From Octopus vulgaris (Eukaryota): a stretch of DNA of 64,000 bases. Both the position numbers and the translations under genes were made by a program. Of the stretch, positions 1 through 14,160 are shown in pieces. Positions within the stretch are counted from its first letter, which is position 1, and each line of letters begins with the position of its first letter. The stretch spans positions 38,936,001 to 39,000,000 of the forward strand of contig OX597815.1 of the NCBI GenBank assembly GCA_951406725.2. Reading direction: 5' to 3'. The notes under the pieces were generated by a model. That model worked only from the letters and a program-made list of their open reading frames with translations, was not told the DNA's origin and ran no database searches.

Positions 1-337
1 GCTGCTAGCTTTGTCATCCTAAATTGGCATTATCTTTTGTTAGAATTGTTGTCATGGGCCAAAGAATTAAGGACAAGCTAATGCTGTGCAGAACAAATTG
101 TAAAACAGAATCAATAAGACCTGGAGTTAAGAAAAAAATCAATAAGACCGACATGTTTGATATAATAGTTTGCAAAATGATAGTTGGCACAGGAATAGTT
201 ATGTGATTAAGGTGTTCTCTGCACAACTACATAGCTTCAGGTTCGACCCCACTGCGTGGCACCTTTGACAAGAATCTTCAATTATATTTTCAAGTTGACC
301 AATCCATTGCAAATGGAATTATGTTGGGGGACATTGT

Positions 338-358
338 GTATGTATGTATGTATGTATG

Positions 359-392
<34 letters not shown>

Positions 393-456
393 TGTATGTA
401 TGTATGTATGTATGTATGTATGTATGTATGTATGTATGCATGCATGTATGTATGTA
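338..456. repeat. (TATG)n microsatellite
   Basis: Seen directly; it explains the MYVC/HTYI ORFs. Similar tracts occur at 1472-1521, 2827-2888, 3027-3138, 45193-45692 and 49630-49835. Confidence 0.97.
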
Positions 457-582
457 AGTTATTCAGTTCTATTTCAAGATTTCTTGCCAATAAAAAAAGA
501 GTCGGTTTCTAACCTAGATTCAAGGCTCCTTCATTAGAATTTCAACATTATCAGGATATTTTTGTATTATGTATGTATGTAT

Positions 583-1469
583 TGTTACGACCTGGTGACC
601 ATAACCCGAATTCACACAACCAACGAGGATAGGGTGAACCCAAAACAACACACCATGAAGTTTTTTGTAAAATATTATTAACAATTTTCAGCGAAAAAAA
701 AACAGCCTACATACAAAACAATTATATACACGAACAACAATAAATTAATGCTACACTAGACGTGCAGTCAAAATATTTATAAAGGTAATATATATATAAG
801 GGAGTATAACTCCAAACTTACAGGGGAAAATTCAATTTAGTATTAAATCAAATTTCACAATATAAATATATATTTATGAATTAGAGAAAAATCACTATTA
901 TGTAATTCAAACAATGATAGACATAAACCAAATCCTAAAGAAAAAATAAAATATAATATAAAACATATAACTAGATCACAAAAAGTACAAAAAAATAAAC
1001 AATATATAAGTAAAAAGACTACGTACGTTTCATGGCTATAACTTCAATTTGAATTACAATTAAATTTAAATTTAATCGAAAAACAATTTAATTTAAAAAC
1101 ATAGTTACTCCTCAGGTCAACAATAATAACAATAATAGCTAAATAAATAATCATATAGCGTTAAACAATATTTCTCAAAGAAATAAAATCATGATTGTTC
1201 TTATACAAGAAACTCCATTAACTAAATTTGAAACTTAAAAAGTAGGACCAGGTGTCTATGATACATTTATCGTGTTAAAAAGATCCAATTGAACCTTGTC
1301 TCAAAAAACAACTGTCACAAAAAACTGGGCTACAGTTATCTCTGCTTATTAAGGTTTGCTATGGTCTAGCCAATTTGGTAGAGCTTCTCAGTCTGGCTAT
1401 TAACACCTAGCTTAACATTAACTTAACATTATCCGATAAAAAGTTTTTATCGTTTTTAAGTTCCTAACA
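583..1469. mobile_element. Possible solo LTR (TGTTA...TAACA) with a nested AT-rich insert
   Basis: Begins tgttacga and ends cctaaca, flanked by gtat/gcat (4-bp TSD with one mismatch) inside a (TATG)n tract. No coding evidence. Confidence 0.4.
1017..1118 (-). ncRNA. Type I hammerhead ribozyme-like motif with a long stem II
   Basis: Minus strand reads GAC-CTGAGGA-GTAACTAT...ATAGCCAT-GAAA-CGTAC-GTA-GTC. Stem I is GAC/GUC, the CUGANGA and GAAA cores are intact, stem III is the palindrome ACGUACGU, and the triplet is GUA. Confidence 0.65.
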
Positions 1470-1521
1470 GCATGTATGTATGTATGTATGTATGTATGTA
1501 TGTATGTATGTATTATGTATG

Positions 1522-2826
1522 TCTCTTCTATTTTTTAATTATTATAAATCTTCCACTGAGGAGGGAGCCGGTTTCCAACAAAGATACAAGGTTCCATCTT
1601 TGGAATGTAGTTAACACAGACAAATTCACATTTGGAACTTGAGAAAAGTCTTGCATATTTTTACTGTTCCACTCACCGATTGAAATTGTAATGTACGAAT
1701 CGGCCGGTCAGTTTCTCTTTCTGAAAATCCCAGTTTATCCAGATTCTCCTTTAAACATTTACTAACAAAACCTAGTGCTCCAATTATTATTGGTATGAAT
1801 ATGAATTCGTAGTCTGGATATAGAAAGGTGGAGGTTTCGAAGCAGTTGTCCTCTTTTTCTTTGATTTTCAAAGAGATATTATATCTGCAGGGCAGCTAAC
1901 CTCTATGATGGTACATACGTTTTTCCCCCGACCCAAACAACAATATCTGGTTTGTTATGCTTACATTTGACAAAAGTATTGATGGGAATATTCAACTTGA
2001 GTTGGTGTTTATGAATGTATTCCATAAGAGAAGGATTTTCTAAGTTTATTTCAGGACAGTCTTTTTGCGGATGGCATTGTAAATTGTTTTAGCAACAACA
2101 ACGTGCTCCATAGAGAGGTAATACCGTGGCGACATTTTAGGACAGCTACTAATCACATGCGTAATGTCTTCCATAGAAACATGATATAGCCTGCACACGC
2201 AGTTGCACCTTGGGATTACAAGAGTGTCACTGACTCTCTTGTTGACCAGGTGCTTTGTGGCTATCTCCTGTTCCTGGATTGTAAACGCATATCCTTCAAC
2301 GTGTGATGTGATGTAGTGGTCTTGTATCCAAGAGAGGCTGTTTCTACTGTCAATTCTACTGTCTTCTTCAAGCTTCCGGGCAACATACCCATGCATGATC
2401 TTTTTTCGTATGCTGAGGTAAGAGAGCCCAGCTGTTTTGGGCAATATAGATCATCAGGAAAGCAATGCTTCTTGAGGAGTTCACTGCCAACTCGTACAAT
2501 GTTGCTCACTTCACTTTTCAGGACAGCATTAAGGTATTTATTTTTGCTGCTATTGTTTAGTAGGTGCCGCGTGAGTGATTCCATACGGCATTCGAAGGCC
2601 GTCTGCACTGATCTCATACCTCTACCACCTTCATTTCTTCTTAGGTAGAGTCTTTCAACATCACTGTTTCTGTGCAAGTTCCCAGTTGTTGTCAGGATTT
2701 TGCGAGTTTTTATATCTATGGAGAGGGTTTCTTCTACAGACCAATCAAGTATCCCAAATGTTGGGATCAGCACGGGTTCTGCAAACGCATTGTGGGATAT
2801 TGTTTTGTTGCAAGAGGAGGGTTCCG
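1522..2826 (-). mobile_element. 5'-truncated, decayed R4/Dong-clade RLE non-LTR retrotransposon in a (TACA)n tract
   Basis: ORFs 2261-2773 (HRNSDVERLYLRRNEGGRG), 2046-2444 (QEQEI..CRLYH..ITHVISSC..H zinc knuckle) and 1626-1871 (PIIIGALG, RLE C-terminus). (TATG)n on both sides. Confidence 0.9.
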
Positions 2827-4162
2827 ATGTATGTATGTATGTATGTATGTATGTATGTATGTATGTATGTATGTATGTATGTATGTATACGTGCAGATTT
2901 GCATGTTTTGTTTTGTGTATATATTCTCATGCATATAGTGACAGGTCTAGACATGCTCGTATATACTTAAATGCTAAACTACTCCAAAGTTTTACAGTGT
3001 TTTACGGTCCGAGTGATGTTGTGTTTGTATGTATGTATGTATGTATGTATGTATGTACGTATGTATGTATGTATGTATGTACGTACGTACGTATGTACGT
3101 ACGTACGTATGTACGTATATATGTATGTACGTATGTATAGCTAGACGCATTGCCTTATTTTTAACATTTCTGTTAACATCTCTATCGTGTATTGCATATT
3201 ATGGTTGGCCGCACCAGAAAAAAGCAAAACACTCGATGAAAAATTCCAAAATGGAAGGAAGACGTGTCGGTGTGGGTAATGAAATATCTGAGCACCTGCT
3301 ACCAGAGATGCCCATCGTTGCCACATCGGTGCAAAAGAGTGTAGATCCCTAACAATACTGATAATCACAGCCATACTACTCATGTTTAATAGAACAACCG
3401 AGCGACGACGTTACTTGTAATCGAGCAGCAATCATGTATGTAAGTGTGCGTGTTTGCAAGTATTTATGTATACCTGTGTTACAAGTTGTTATCTCTTAAG
3501 TCAAAAGGAAACTTAGTCCTTCGATAAATAGAGATTGACAAAAAAAGTACCAATACGTGCTAGGGCCGATTATACTCGACTACTACTCTTGAAAGCAGTT
3601 ACACTGATATAGCAACTGTACAAAAACTTAAATCAATTACAGAATAAAGAATGAATGTTACAACAACACTGATTTTCATACAAATTAAGATGGTCATATA
3701 TATTTCTTCATTTCCTAGTAATCGTTTGGTGGGAAATTTTAATTTTACAAGCTATTATTGAATCTAATATATAATAGTTATATGATATTCCGTAACAGTT
3801 TGATGGTGATAGCTCCTACCGTTTCCAGGTGGAATTCAATACTCTGAATGATGAATATTTTCGAAAAGAATATTTTCAAATGCAGTATATGAAAACTGCA
3901 AATTAAAACTACTTTGGACAACACTAACTTAATTATTGATTGTTTTTTTCTCTTACTTTTCATTTGAATGTGTCTGGGAATAATTTATTCCCTGTACATA
4001 TTAATTTTTCTACTGCATCTACAAGTCATTCATTATTTACAATTACTCAGTTATTCTTGCATCATTGCTACATCAAGACGGTGACGCTTGTGCTTGGTTA
4101 GATATATGAGATCTTATAATATTGAAAAACGTCCGGAACTATCTCCCACTGTACCTGCATTC

Positions 4163-4667
<505 letters not shown>

Positions 4668-5409
4668 TGTGTGTGTGTGTGTGTGTGTGTGTTGAAAAAA
4701 GTCAAGGTAGAAAATGCTAAAATAATTTTATAAAAAACATTTCAGTACCGGTTTCAAACATTGAGACTTTTTCAACTGTAAGTATGGAAAACTTATAGTT
4801 GAAAGAACGTTGGCGTTTGCCTTGGTGTAGGTTTTCGCTCTTGTTATTATTGATATTGGTAATTATACGTTTTCCTTAAGTATTGATGTTTGAGGTTGTC
4901 ATTATTGTTGCTGTTCTTCTGGTAATTATTATACATGGCCTTGTATTCATTCACATAACTGCTTAGCGCTGCCACCCCATAACTTCTGTTAATTGTTACA
5001 CATGACCTTACTACATTTTACAGTTTCGTATTACTGTCTGTAACGATGTGATGATTGTGTCTAGAACCACATTATCTCATGTATCCTTACCCATTTCTAA
5101 CTATAGTGTGTGCAAGATGGGATTCACACAACCTATAATTTGGAGGACTGGTTATCACCTCTAGCAGGTTGTGACCACATAGAGGCGAAAATTAACAACA
5201 TTATTAGAATAATTTTTTTTTTTTATTTATCTTGAAATTTTTGCGAGGCGGCTTCTGTAATATTTTGCAGTTGTTGTCTTTGTCATTGTTGTTGTTGTTT
5301 ACTATTAGTCAATTTTGACCATGCACGCCAAAGACTAAATGCTTTCCAATCATAAGTAGCAATGCATTCTTTAACGTGTGCTTTTTCTCATTCAAGACGG
5401 TAGAGCGTA

Positions 5410-5920
5410 CCGTAAATCTTCGAGTAAGTCCGCTCTTGAGTATAATACGCAGGGGATTTTTAGGGGGCTGTACTTCTGAAAAACCTAAACCTTGTGTATA
5501 ATACGCACCCCTTCTCTAACTTGGGTCGTGCGTAATTAAACCAGCAGCACCTAGTCGAACAAACACTTCCGCGCATGCGTAATACAATAATGATGATGTT
5601 CTTAACTGTTATATGGGAATGTAAATATGTTTGCCAATTGTTTTTGTTACATGTTATTCTGTGTTCTGAATACTTATATTTTAATAACTGTTGCTTACTG
5701 AAAGTTATGGATGATTCTCTTATGACTCCATTGCTTTCAGGCTTAGCTTAGCGCCCGACATCATAAAATGCGTCTGAATAAACATTGCTGGACAGCAAAT
5801 AGAGACTCGGACATTGCTTAGAAAATATTTTTCATTTTTAACTTCCTATATAGTACGCACTAGGGATTTTGACCTTTAGATTTTGGGGAAAAAGTGCGGA
5901 TGATACTCGAGGATCTACGG
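5410..5920. mobile_element. Non-autonomous Tc1/mariner-pogo-type MITE
   Basis: TIRs ccgtaaatcttcgagta / tactcgaggatctacgg, with TA on both sides (5408-5409 and 5921-5922). Confidence 0.85.
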
Positions 5921-6802
5921 TAATTTCATTAAAATTTATTTACTCTTTCAAGTAGTTCTACAAGCCACGTAATCTGTCTCTTTAGCTCTTCGCTGTGTGC
6001 AGTCGAGGTGCTGGTGGCGGTACATTGGCAGTGATAGTATTGCTGACATTACTGTCGTTGTTGGCACATCGATAAAAACCGAAGAACATCGGACTAATAG
6101 CCTTTACAACGTAAGTCCTACATTTCTACGTCCTGATGACAAATCTCATCTCTAGTGAGTCGGTGAAATAAGTACTAGTACTATTCTTGACAGAAGATTT
6201 AGTTAACGTTACTCCAATTCCTGTTGCCTTATCCTTGTGCCTGGCAAGAGAAGTCATTAAGGTTACCAATTCTTTAAGGTTTGGTCACGGCAGAATGGTA
6301 GCACCAATGACCTCTTTCCGGGGCTTTAGTGAAAAAGGGAGAGTAAGAAACCAAAATTCGTGGATTGCAGCATTATGATACAAGACCATCAATATATCGA
6401 TGATATAACATATCAATATATCAAACCTGAGATCTTTGCTGAATATATAAAACAGTGTGCTCCGCTAAAGACACTCAAGATGCTGGTGACGGTGTTAAAC
6501 CGAGCAAAAAAATGTGTCTGAGACGTTTTCATTATTCGTGACAGACAAAGAATGAATTCTCTCATGACAAACAACATCAATACCAGACTGATTTACACAA
6601 CATAAATCTAATGATACCATTCACAGTCGAGAGAAAGCGAGATTTGTAAAAGACCAAATAATATACAAACTGAAGTCTTCATTTCTGTTTCTTTCTTCTT
6701 TTAAAAAATAATTTTACCTACATTTTATGGCAAGAAAATGACTGAAGAAAGTTTTCTCCATTGATTTATCAGAGTATAGTGGTTCGTATTAATAATAGGC
6801 AC

Positions 6803-7058
<256 letters not shown>

Positions 7059-7199
7059 TTTTTTTTTAATTTTAAAAAATGAACGAACTACTGAGTTTGG
7101 TTTAATGGCCTACCAATGTATACTATGAGTTTCTTTGCCCTAGGAGTCGGGAAGACACTCGGCAAGAAATGGAAGCAAATTTGAAAGAAGAAAAAAAAA

Positions 7200-7253
<54 letters not shown>

Positions 7254-7255
<2 letters not shown>

Positions 7256-9622
7256 GACTAAGCAACTGGAAGGCACCTGGGCATGACAAGATCCTCAACT
7301 TCTGGTTGAAATATCTAACAGGAATGCACAAAAAGCTGGCTGAAAACTTTAACAACATACTAGCAGAGCCAGAGACAATGCCTGAATGGCTCACGAAGGG
7401 GAAATACATCTTAATTCCCTAATCAAATGAGACAGCAAAACCAGAAAACTACAGACCAATAATCTGTCTCCCTACAATGTACAAGGCATTTACTGCAGTG
7501 ATACCGCAAAGCTTGAACAAGCACCTGGATGAAAACAACCTGTTTCCAGAAGAGCAAAAAGGATGCCGCAAAGGCTCATATGGCTGTAAAGATCAACTAA
7601 TGATTAATAAAGCCATAACTGAAGACAGCCACAGAAAGAAGAAAGACCTCAGTATGGCCTGGATCGACTACAAAAAGGCGTTTGATAGCATCCCCCACAC
7701 ATGGATCCTCGAAACACTAGCCATTAACAAAGTAGCTCCAACAATTATAAAATTCATAGGGCACTCTATGAATAAATGGCAAACAGTGCTACAGCTCCAA
7801 ACAAAAGAGGGACTTGTGAAAACCAAAGCCATCCCCATTAGAAGAGGAATATTCCAGGGTGACACGCTCTTTCCACTACTTTTCTGCTTGGCACTGTCAC
7901 CTCTATCTGATATGCTAAATAGAACTGGATGCGGATATAAATGTTACGGCAAAACGATCAGCCACCTTTTATATATGGATGACCTAAAACTATATGCTGC
8001 AAATGACAAACAGCTGGAAACACTATTAAAGACAGTTCATGGATTTATCAAAGAAATAGATATGAAATTTGGATTAGAAAAATGCGCCAAAGTAACCATG
8101 AAAAGAGGAAAACTAGTTAAGAGTAGCAACATCACACTAGATAAAACCAATGAAATAAAAGAATTAGACCAAAGCCAAACTTACAAATACTTAGGAATCC
8201 ATGAACTAGATAAGACACAACACACGCAAATGAAAGAGAAAATAAAAAAAGAATATTATAGACGAGTTAGATCAATACTAAAAACAGAGCTCAATGCTAA
8301 AAACAAGATAATAAGTATTAACACTTCAGCTGTCCCAGTTATAAGTTACAGCTACAATATCCTTAACTGGACACTAAATGAACTGACCAAAATAGATAGG
8401 AAAACAAGAAAAATAATGACAGGATCTAGGATGCATCACCCAAAATCTGACATAGAAAGACTATATATACAACGTATAGAAGAATGGCAGAGGCCTTATA
8501 CAGCTGGAAAACTACTATAAAATAACCACCATAAGACTGCAAAAATATCTACTTCAGAAGGAAGGAAAACTGATACAAATAGCAGCAAAACACGAGCAAA
8601 ACAAAAGACTGTTCTCAGTATTTAAGGAAGCTGACAAATACAAACAAGAAATCATACCACCTAATAAATATGAAGAAGAAGAAGAAGAAGAAGAAGAAGA
8701 AGAAGAAGAAGAAGAAGAAGAAGAAGAAGAAGAAGAAGAAGAAGAAGAAGAAGAAGAAGAAGAAGAAGAAGAAGAAGAAGAAGAAGAATCAACAAAAGCT
8801 ATAAAACAAATGAAATCCAAACTAAAAATAGAACAGCAACGAACCATGATAAAACGATGGCAAGAAAAGCCCCTTCATGGTAAATACTGGACTAAACTAA
8901 ATGCAAAAGAAATAGACAAAGAAAAATCCCAGCAATGGTTGAGAAGCTCAGGACTCAAAGCAGAGACAGAGGGATTTTTAATTGCAGCACAAGACCAAAG
9001 CCTCCCCACCAGAAATTACCAAAAACATGTAATGAAAAGCAATATAACAAGTAACTGCAGAATATGTGGAGATGGACAAGAAACAATAAATCATATTATC
9101 TCTGGCTGCCCAGTCCTGGCTAAGAAGGAATATATTCACAGACATGACAGAGTTGGAACCTACATACACTGGAAGCTATGCCAACATTATGGAATAACAA
9201 CAGAAAAAAGATGGTATAGGCACACACCAGAAAAGGTCACAGAAAACGAGAAAGCAACCATACTCTGGGATATGCCGATACACACAGATAGAGAAATTAA
9301 GGCCAACAGACCAGATATAGTTGTCAGAGATCATGAAGGAAAAAAATGCTTTCTAATTGATGTATCAATACCAGCAGATGACAACGTGTCTCTAAAAGAA
9401 ATGGAGAAACTTTCAAAATACAAAGACCTGGAAATAGAGGTAACCAGAATGTGGAATCTAAAAACAGAAACAATTCCTATCATAGTAGGTGCATTAGGCA
9501 TGACAAAAAATATTCAGACAAATACATAACAAAAACACCAGGACTTACAAACACATATAACACAGAAAATTGCACTACTAGGCACTGCACACATCCTACG
9601 CAGAACACTTTCCATACAATAA
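7254..9622 (+). mobile_element. 5'-truncated Dong/R4-clade non-LTR retrotransposon (RT, CCHC knuckle, restriction-like endonuclease); young but inactivated
   Basis: Motifs WKAPGHD, WIDYKKAFDSIPH, GIFQGDTL, HLLYMDDLKL, C-x2-C-x7-H-x4-C, RHD and RPDIV..LIDVSIP..K..KY..L. Premature stop at ~7420 and frameshifts near 8483 and 9503-9560. Starts right after (TAA)n at 7201-7253. Confidence 0.96.
8672..8788 (+). repeat. (GAA)39 inside the retrotransposon ORF, in frame as poly-Glu
   Basis: 117 bp, in phase with the downstream ATG at 8810. Confidence 0.95.
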
Positions 9623-9659
9623 CCATCAGAGCATCACAACAAATCACAGCACATACCTC

Positions 9660-10176
9660 TAATGTCTTCTGATCTTAACTGATTAGAAGTGTTATCATGT
9701 ACATTGTTTTGTCTTGGTATAAAAGATGGGCTACAGCAAATATTCTGCTCAATACCACAGATTTGCTTGTCAGTTGTTTGACCAATAACCAGTTGACCAT
9801 GTCCCTTAGTGACTGACGATATGTGCATCTCTCTCTAATCATGAGCAGAAGTAGTGGGGGAGCATCATAGCCGTTTGTTGAAAGGTATTCTTAGAGGTTT
9901 GGATGATTCACCTTTGGAAACATGAGTGTTTCGTTCACCATTCTTAGACAATCCTTATTCAGGGACCTTTTGAGCGGGATGGGCTACTCGACCAGAAGAA
10001 AATTTTAACTGCGCCCCACCTGCAAGGTCATGCGCTGTTTATCTTGATATGAGATCACCACGTCTTGCACATATGGTTGTGATGCATGTGCCTGATGTGG
10101 CCTTATCAGGGTAGTCATGATGGGTATACTGTGCTTCGTATATTTTACCCCTGTGTCACTTTGATGGCATGCACTC

Positions 10177-10210
<34 letters not shown>
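9660..10210 (+). mobile_element. ~550-bp non-coding (TAA)n-tailed retroposon (SINE-like)
   Basis: A reverse-complement copy lies at ~23100-23730; both end in ...cactttgatggcatgc...ctca followed by (TAA)n-like tails. Confidence 0.8.
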
Positions 10211-10221
<11 letters not shown>

Positions 10222-10401
10222 AATAAATAATTTTTTTTCTTTTAGACATTCATTAGTACAACACCAAAAACTCCCCCCCCCCCCCAAATATATGCCACAC
10301 TAGGCATAACAACAACATGAACTTCCAACCTGTTGTCTCTTGAGGTCTCTGGGTGAGACTTGGAGCCAACTTGTACAAATATAAAGCAAAGCTCAAACAT
10401 A

Positions 10402-10479
<78 letters not shown>

Positions 10480-10995
10480 ATTTGACAGGAGAGGGTTAAT
10501 CGATTACATCGGCCTCATACTCAGCTGGTTTTATTTTATCGACCCCGAGAGGGTCGACTTCGGCAGAATTTGAACTCAGCACGTAGAGACAGACGAAATG
10601 CCGCTGAGCATTTCGTCCGGCATGCTAACGATTCTAACAGCTCACCGCTTTATTAATGATAATGATAATAATCCTTTCTACTGTAGGCACAAGGCCTGAA
10701 ATTTGGGGGAAGGCATTATGTCGTTGACATCGACCCCAGTGCGAACGGATGAAAGAGAAGTCCACCTCGGTGGAATTGAACTCAGGACGCTGCGGCAGAC
10801 GAAAAACCGCTAAGCATTTTGCCCGGCGTGCTCACCGCCTTATTAATGATAATGAGAAGAAGAAGAAAAAGAAGAAGAAGAAGAAGAAGAAGAAGAAGGA
10901 GGAGGAGGAGGAGGAGGAGGAGGAGGAAGAAGAGGAAGAAGAAGAGGAAGAAGAGGAGGAAGAAGAAGAAGAAGGAGGAGGAGGAGGAGGAGGAG

Positions 10996-11027
<32 letters not shown>

Positions 11028-11044
11028 CCAACAACAACAATAAT

Positions 11045-11480
11045 CTTGGAAATAAACATCTGAACATAACAAATGTGACTTCAGTTGGATTTGAACAGAG
11101 AATAGTTGTGATGAACATCGCAAAAAAACATTTCCTCGGATGTTGAAATAACTTTGTCGATTCGCCACCAACAGCGTTGCAAGTGTTTGTGAAATACTCA
11201 TCAACTAATCCTGTAAAAGAACGCAGAAATTAGATTTAAATTTAATTATAGCAAATAAAAACATCGATAATCCCTGTAGCAACTAGAAAACATAATTTTT
11301 CTTCTAGAATTCATTTCTGAAAGGAAAATAAGAAGAATTATTTAGAATAGCTGTCGATCGCCCTATCCTACATCTCCATTATCAAAAGATATATACTTCA
11401 TCAGAAAGACTAAATTTAAATGTCGTTTGTTTCCAGTTACAGGAAACCATAAATCAAATCTGTTAGATGATCTACTTTGA
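11045..11480 (+). pseudogene. Decayed LRR-coding relic
   Basis: Frames give KHFLGC*NNFVDSPPTALQVF, QKLDLNLIIANKTSIIP, YLE*LSIALSYISIIK and VTGNHKSNLLDDLL. Confidence 0.35.
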
Positions 11481-12322
11481 ACGCAGCTAAACATATGACA
11501 GGGTGACTAACTACCTCCATTAGAAAATACGTAGTGAAATCAATATTCTAATTGTTAAGGGGGAGTATATGCATACAAAGGCGGTTGTAGTAGAAAATAT
11601 AGCTTGTTCTGGAATCAGCACTAACAGGAAAATCGGTTCTAGTGCCAAGCGGTGTATTGACAAGATCATTATAGCGTCAAGCAAAATGATTTCCGCTATG
11701 TGTTAGACGCTACGTTCTAATTTCAAAATCCACCGAGGTCAGTTTTGCCTTTCATCAATTTGGACTCGATAAAATAAAAATATACCAGTCAAATATTGGA
11801 GTCGATGGTAGAGACTAAACGCGTTCCTTCAAAATTTGCTGGCCTTGTGGCTAAAACAGAAGTAATTATTATCATCATCATCGTTGTTGTTGTTCTTCTT
11901 GTTCTTGTTGTTGTTCTTGTTGTTGTTGTTGCTGTTGCTGTTGTTGAGTATTAATAGTAATAACAATAAGGCGAGCCGGCGGAAACGTTAGCATGCAAGG
12001 AGAAATGTATAGTGGCATTTCTTCCGTCTTTACGTTTTTGAGTTCAAATTCCACCGAAGTCGACTTTGCTTTTCATCCCTTCGGGATCGATATGTGGATT
12101 GTTTCATTTGAGTTTTGCTATTGAATTGATTGTCTCTTGCATAGAATGTGAGCTGTTCCTAGCAGGGTTATTTTTTTGGATAGTGTGTAGTGTTGAGGAT
12201 CTAGGTATAGCTTCTACAATTTTAGCACCTGTAGAGTATAAATCAAGACATGACGGAGTTGACCAATATCTACACTGGCTAATATGTCGGCATTATAAAA
12301 TCAAAACTGTTGATAAATGGTA

Positions 12323-12820
12323 CTAGCATTTCTTGCTAATTTTTATAGTGTAGTGTTGACGTATAGCCCAGTGGATATATCTACTTACTTGGTCATGTCT
12401 GTATATATATTCGGATTTGGCTGGGACTGGACATCCAGAGATGATGTGGTCAACTTTCTCACTCTGCTGGTTGAACGCTCTGCAATTGGTGTTAGGGCTT
12501 GTTTTCATTATTTGGCTTTTATAATTGGTTATGGTCAGGCATTGGCCTTTCTGTTTCTGCTTTTAGTATAGTGCTTTTGAGCCATTGCTGGCTTTTACTT
12601 AGGCTTACTTCTTCTCTATCAAGCTTTGCAGGGTACAAGCCATGGAGTTAATTTTTTTCTCCGTTTCTTCTTTTAGTATGTTTTGTAGTTCTGTTTCCAT
12701 GTTGATATTTTTCTCTTTTTGATTATTTCTGTTGTAATGTCATCTGAGATCAGTGTTTCAGTAGAGTGTCTTTGTGTTTTGCATTTTGTCGCCACCTTGT
12801 GTACAGAGAAAGGCATTTTC

Positions 12821-12909
<89 letters not shown>

Positions 12910-13890
12910 TGTGTGTGTGTGTGTTGTTTTATTATATGTAGTCGTCCACTTTTTGTTTCTAAGTATTTTTCTAGTCCAATTCTCGTTATTTTATAGGAGT
13001 TTTCTATCTGTGTCAGGCCATGACCTCCTTCTAAGCAGGGTAGATATATACTTTCTGTATTTGCTTTGGGGTAGTGGCTTCGGTGTGTTGTTAATAGTTT
13101 CCTGGTTTCTCTAAGTTTCTCAATTCACTAATCTTCCAGTTTATTATGTTGAAGCTGTAATTTATGAGTGGTATGGCTAGCGTGTTTATTCTTATCTTAG
13201 TTTTGGCACTGAGTCCAATGTTTAATTTTACTCAACTCTTCTGTAATGTTCTCTCCAAATTTTCTCTTTCATTTCTGTGTGCTGTAGTTTAGCTATATAG
13301 TCTATTTCTAGATATGCGTATGAGTGATTGTGGTCTAATTGTCTCATTTTTGTGTATATGTCGAGTGCAGTGTTTCCAGTGCTGATTAATTTGTTTCTTT
13401 TCCGTGTCATTTCGGCACATTTGTCCAGTCCTATGCTCATCCTGATTTCCTTGCTGAAACTTGACAATTTGTAGAAGGTTTTTCTGTTCAGTGGTATTTT
13501 TAGTGAAACTTTTGAAGTCATCCATACACAGGAAGTTATTTATAATTTGTTCATAGCATCTGTAACGCATAGTGGTTTCATTTAACAAGTTTTTCAGCGG
13601 AATTAGAGTAAGGCAGAAAAACAGCAGGGGGACAACGAATCTCCTTCGAAAATGCCGTTTCTAATGGGTATAGGGTAGCTTTTAATGACTTGTAATTCAT
13701 TTTTCAATGTTATACTGGTTTTCCATTTTGTCATTGCATGGCTGATATATTTTAGTAGTGTTGGAGCTACTTTATTTGTGTAGAGAGACTCCAGTATCCA
13801 TGAGTGTGGAATTTTGTCAAACACATTTTGGTTATCAATCCAAGTCATATTCAGGTTTGTTTTTTTTTTCTTTCTGTACAACCCTCTGTG
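12323..13890 (-). mobile_element. Older decayed Dong/R4-type copy related to the 7254-9622 element
   Basis: ORFs 13603-13881 (MTWID..VFDKIPHSWILE..NKVAPT..IPIRNGIFEGDSLSP), 13228-13588 (LCMDD, GLDKC) and 12323-12508 (HIISGCP..YIYRHD). Confidence 0.88.
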
Positions 13891-14160
13891 ATGGCTTGAT
13901 CATCCTCATCATCATCAACATAAGCATTATCATCATCATTATAATTACCATTACGGACGAAATGTTTAGCGGGGTTTCCCCTGTTGCTATGATCTAAGTT
14001 CAAATGCCACCAAGTGTGACTTTGCCTTTCATCCTTTCGGGGTCGATAAATTGAGTACCAGTGAAACACTGGGGTAGATGTAATCAACTAGTCCCCTTCC
14101 TACAAATTTGAGGCCTTGTGCATCCAGTAAAAAGGATTGTTATTATTATCATTATATGAA

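Noticed and set aside
256-537. ORFs rich in [14 protein letters not shown] (also 18627-19357, 32708-33713, 45096-45773, 49612-50249)
   Set aside because: They are translations of (TATG)n, (TA)n and (TG)n repeats that lack stop codons; not genes.
6138-6185. CTGATGA...GAAA as a hammerhead
   Set aside because: No stem I pairing; it matches a decayed SINE-A core.
7477-8520. RT ORF as a retron, DGR or other novel RT system
   Set aside because: Its motifs and the downstream CCHC-RLE domains identify an ordinary R4/Dong non-LTR retrotransposon.
10749-11204. Poly-K/E/R/G ORFs (also 31171-31648)
   Set aside because: (GAA)/(GGA) microsatellite plus SINE sequence.
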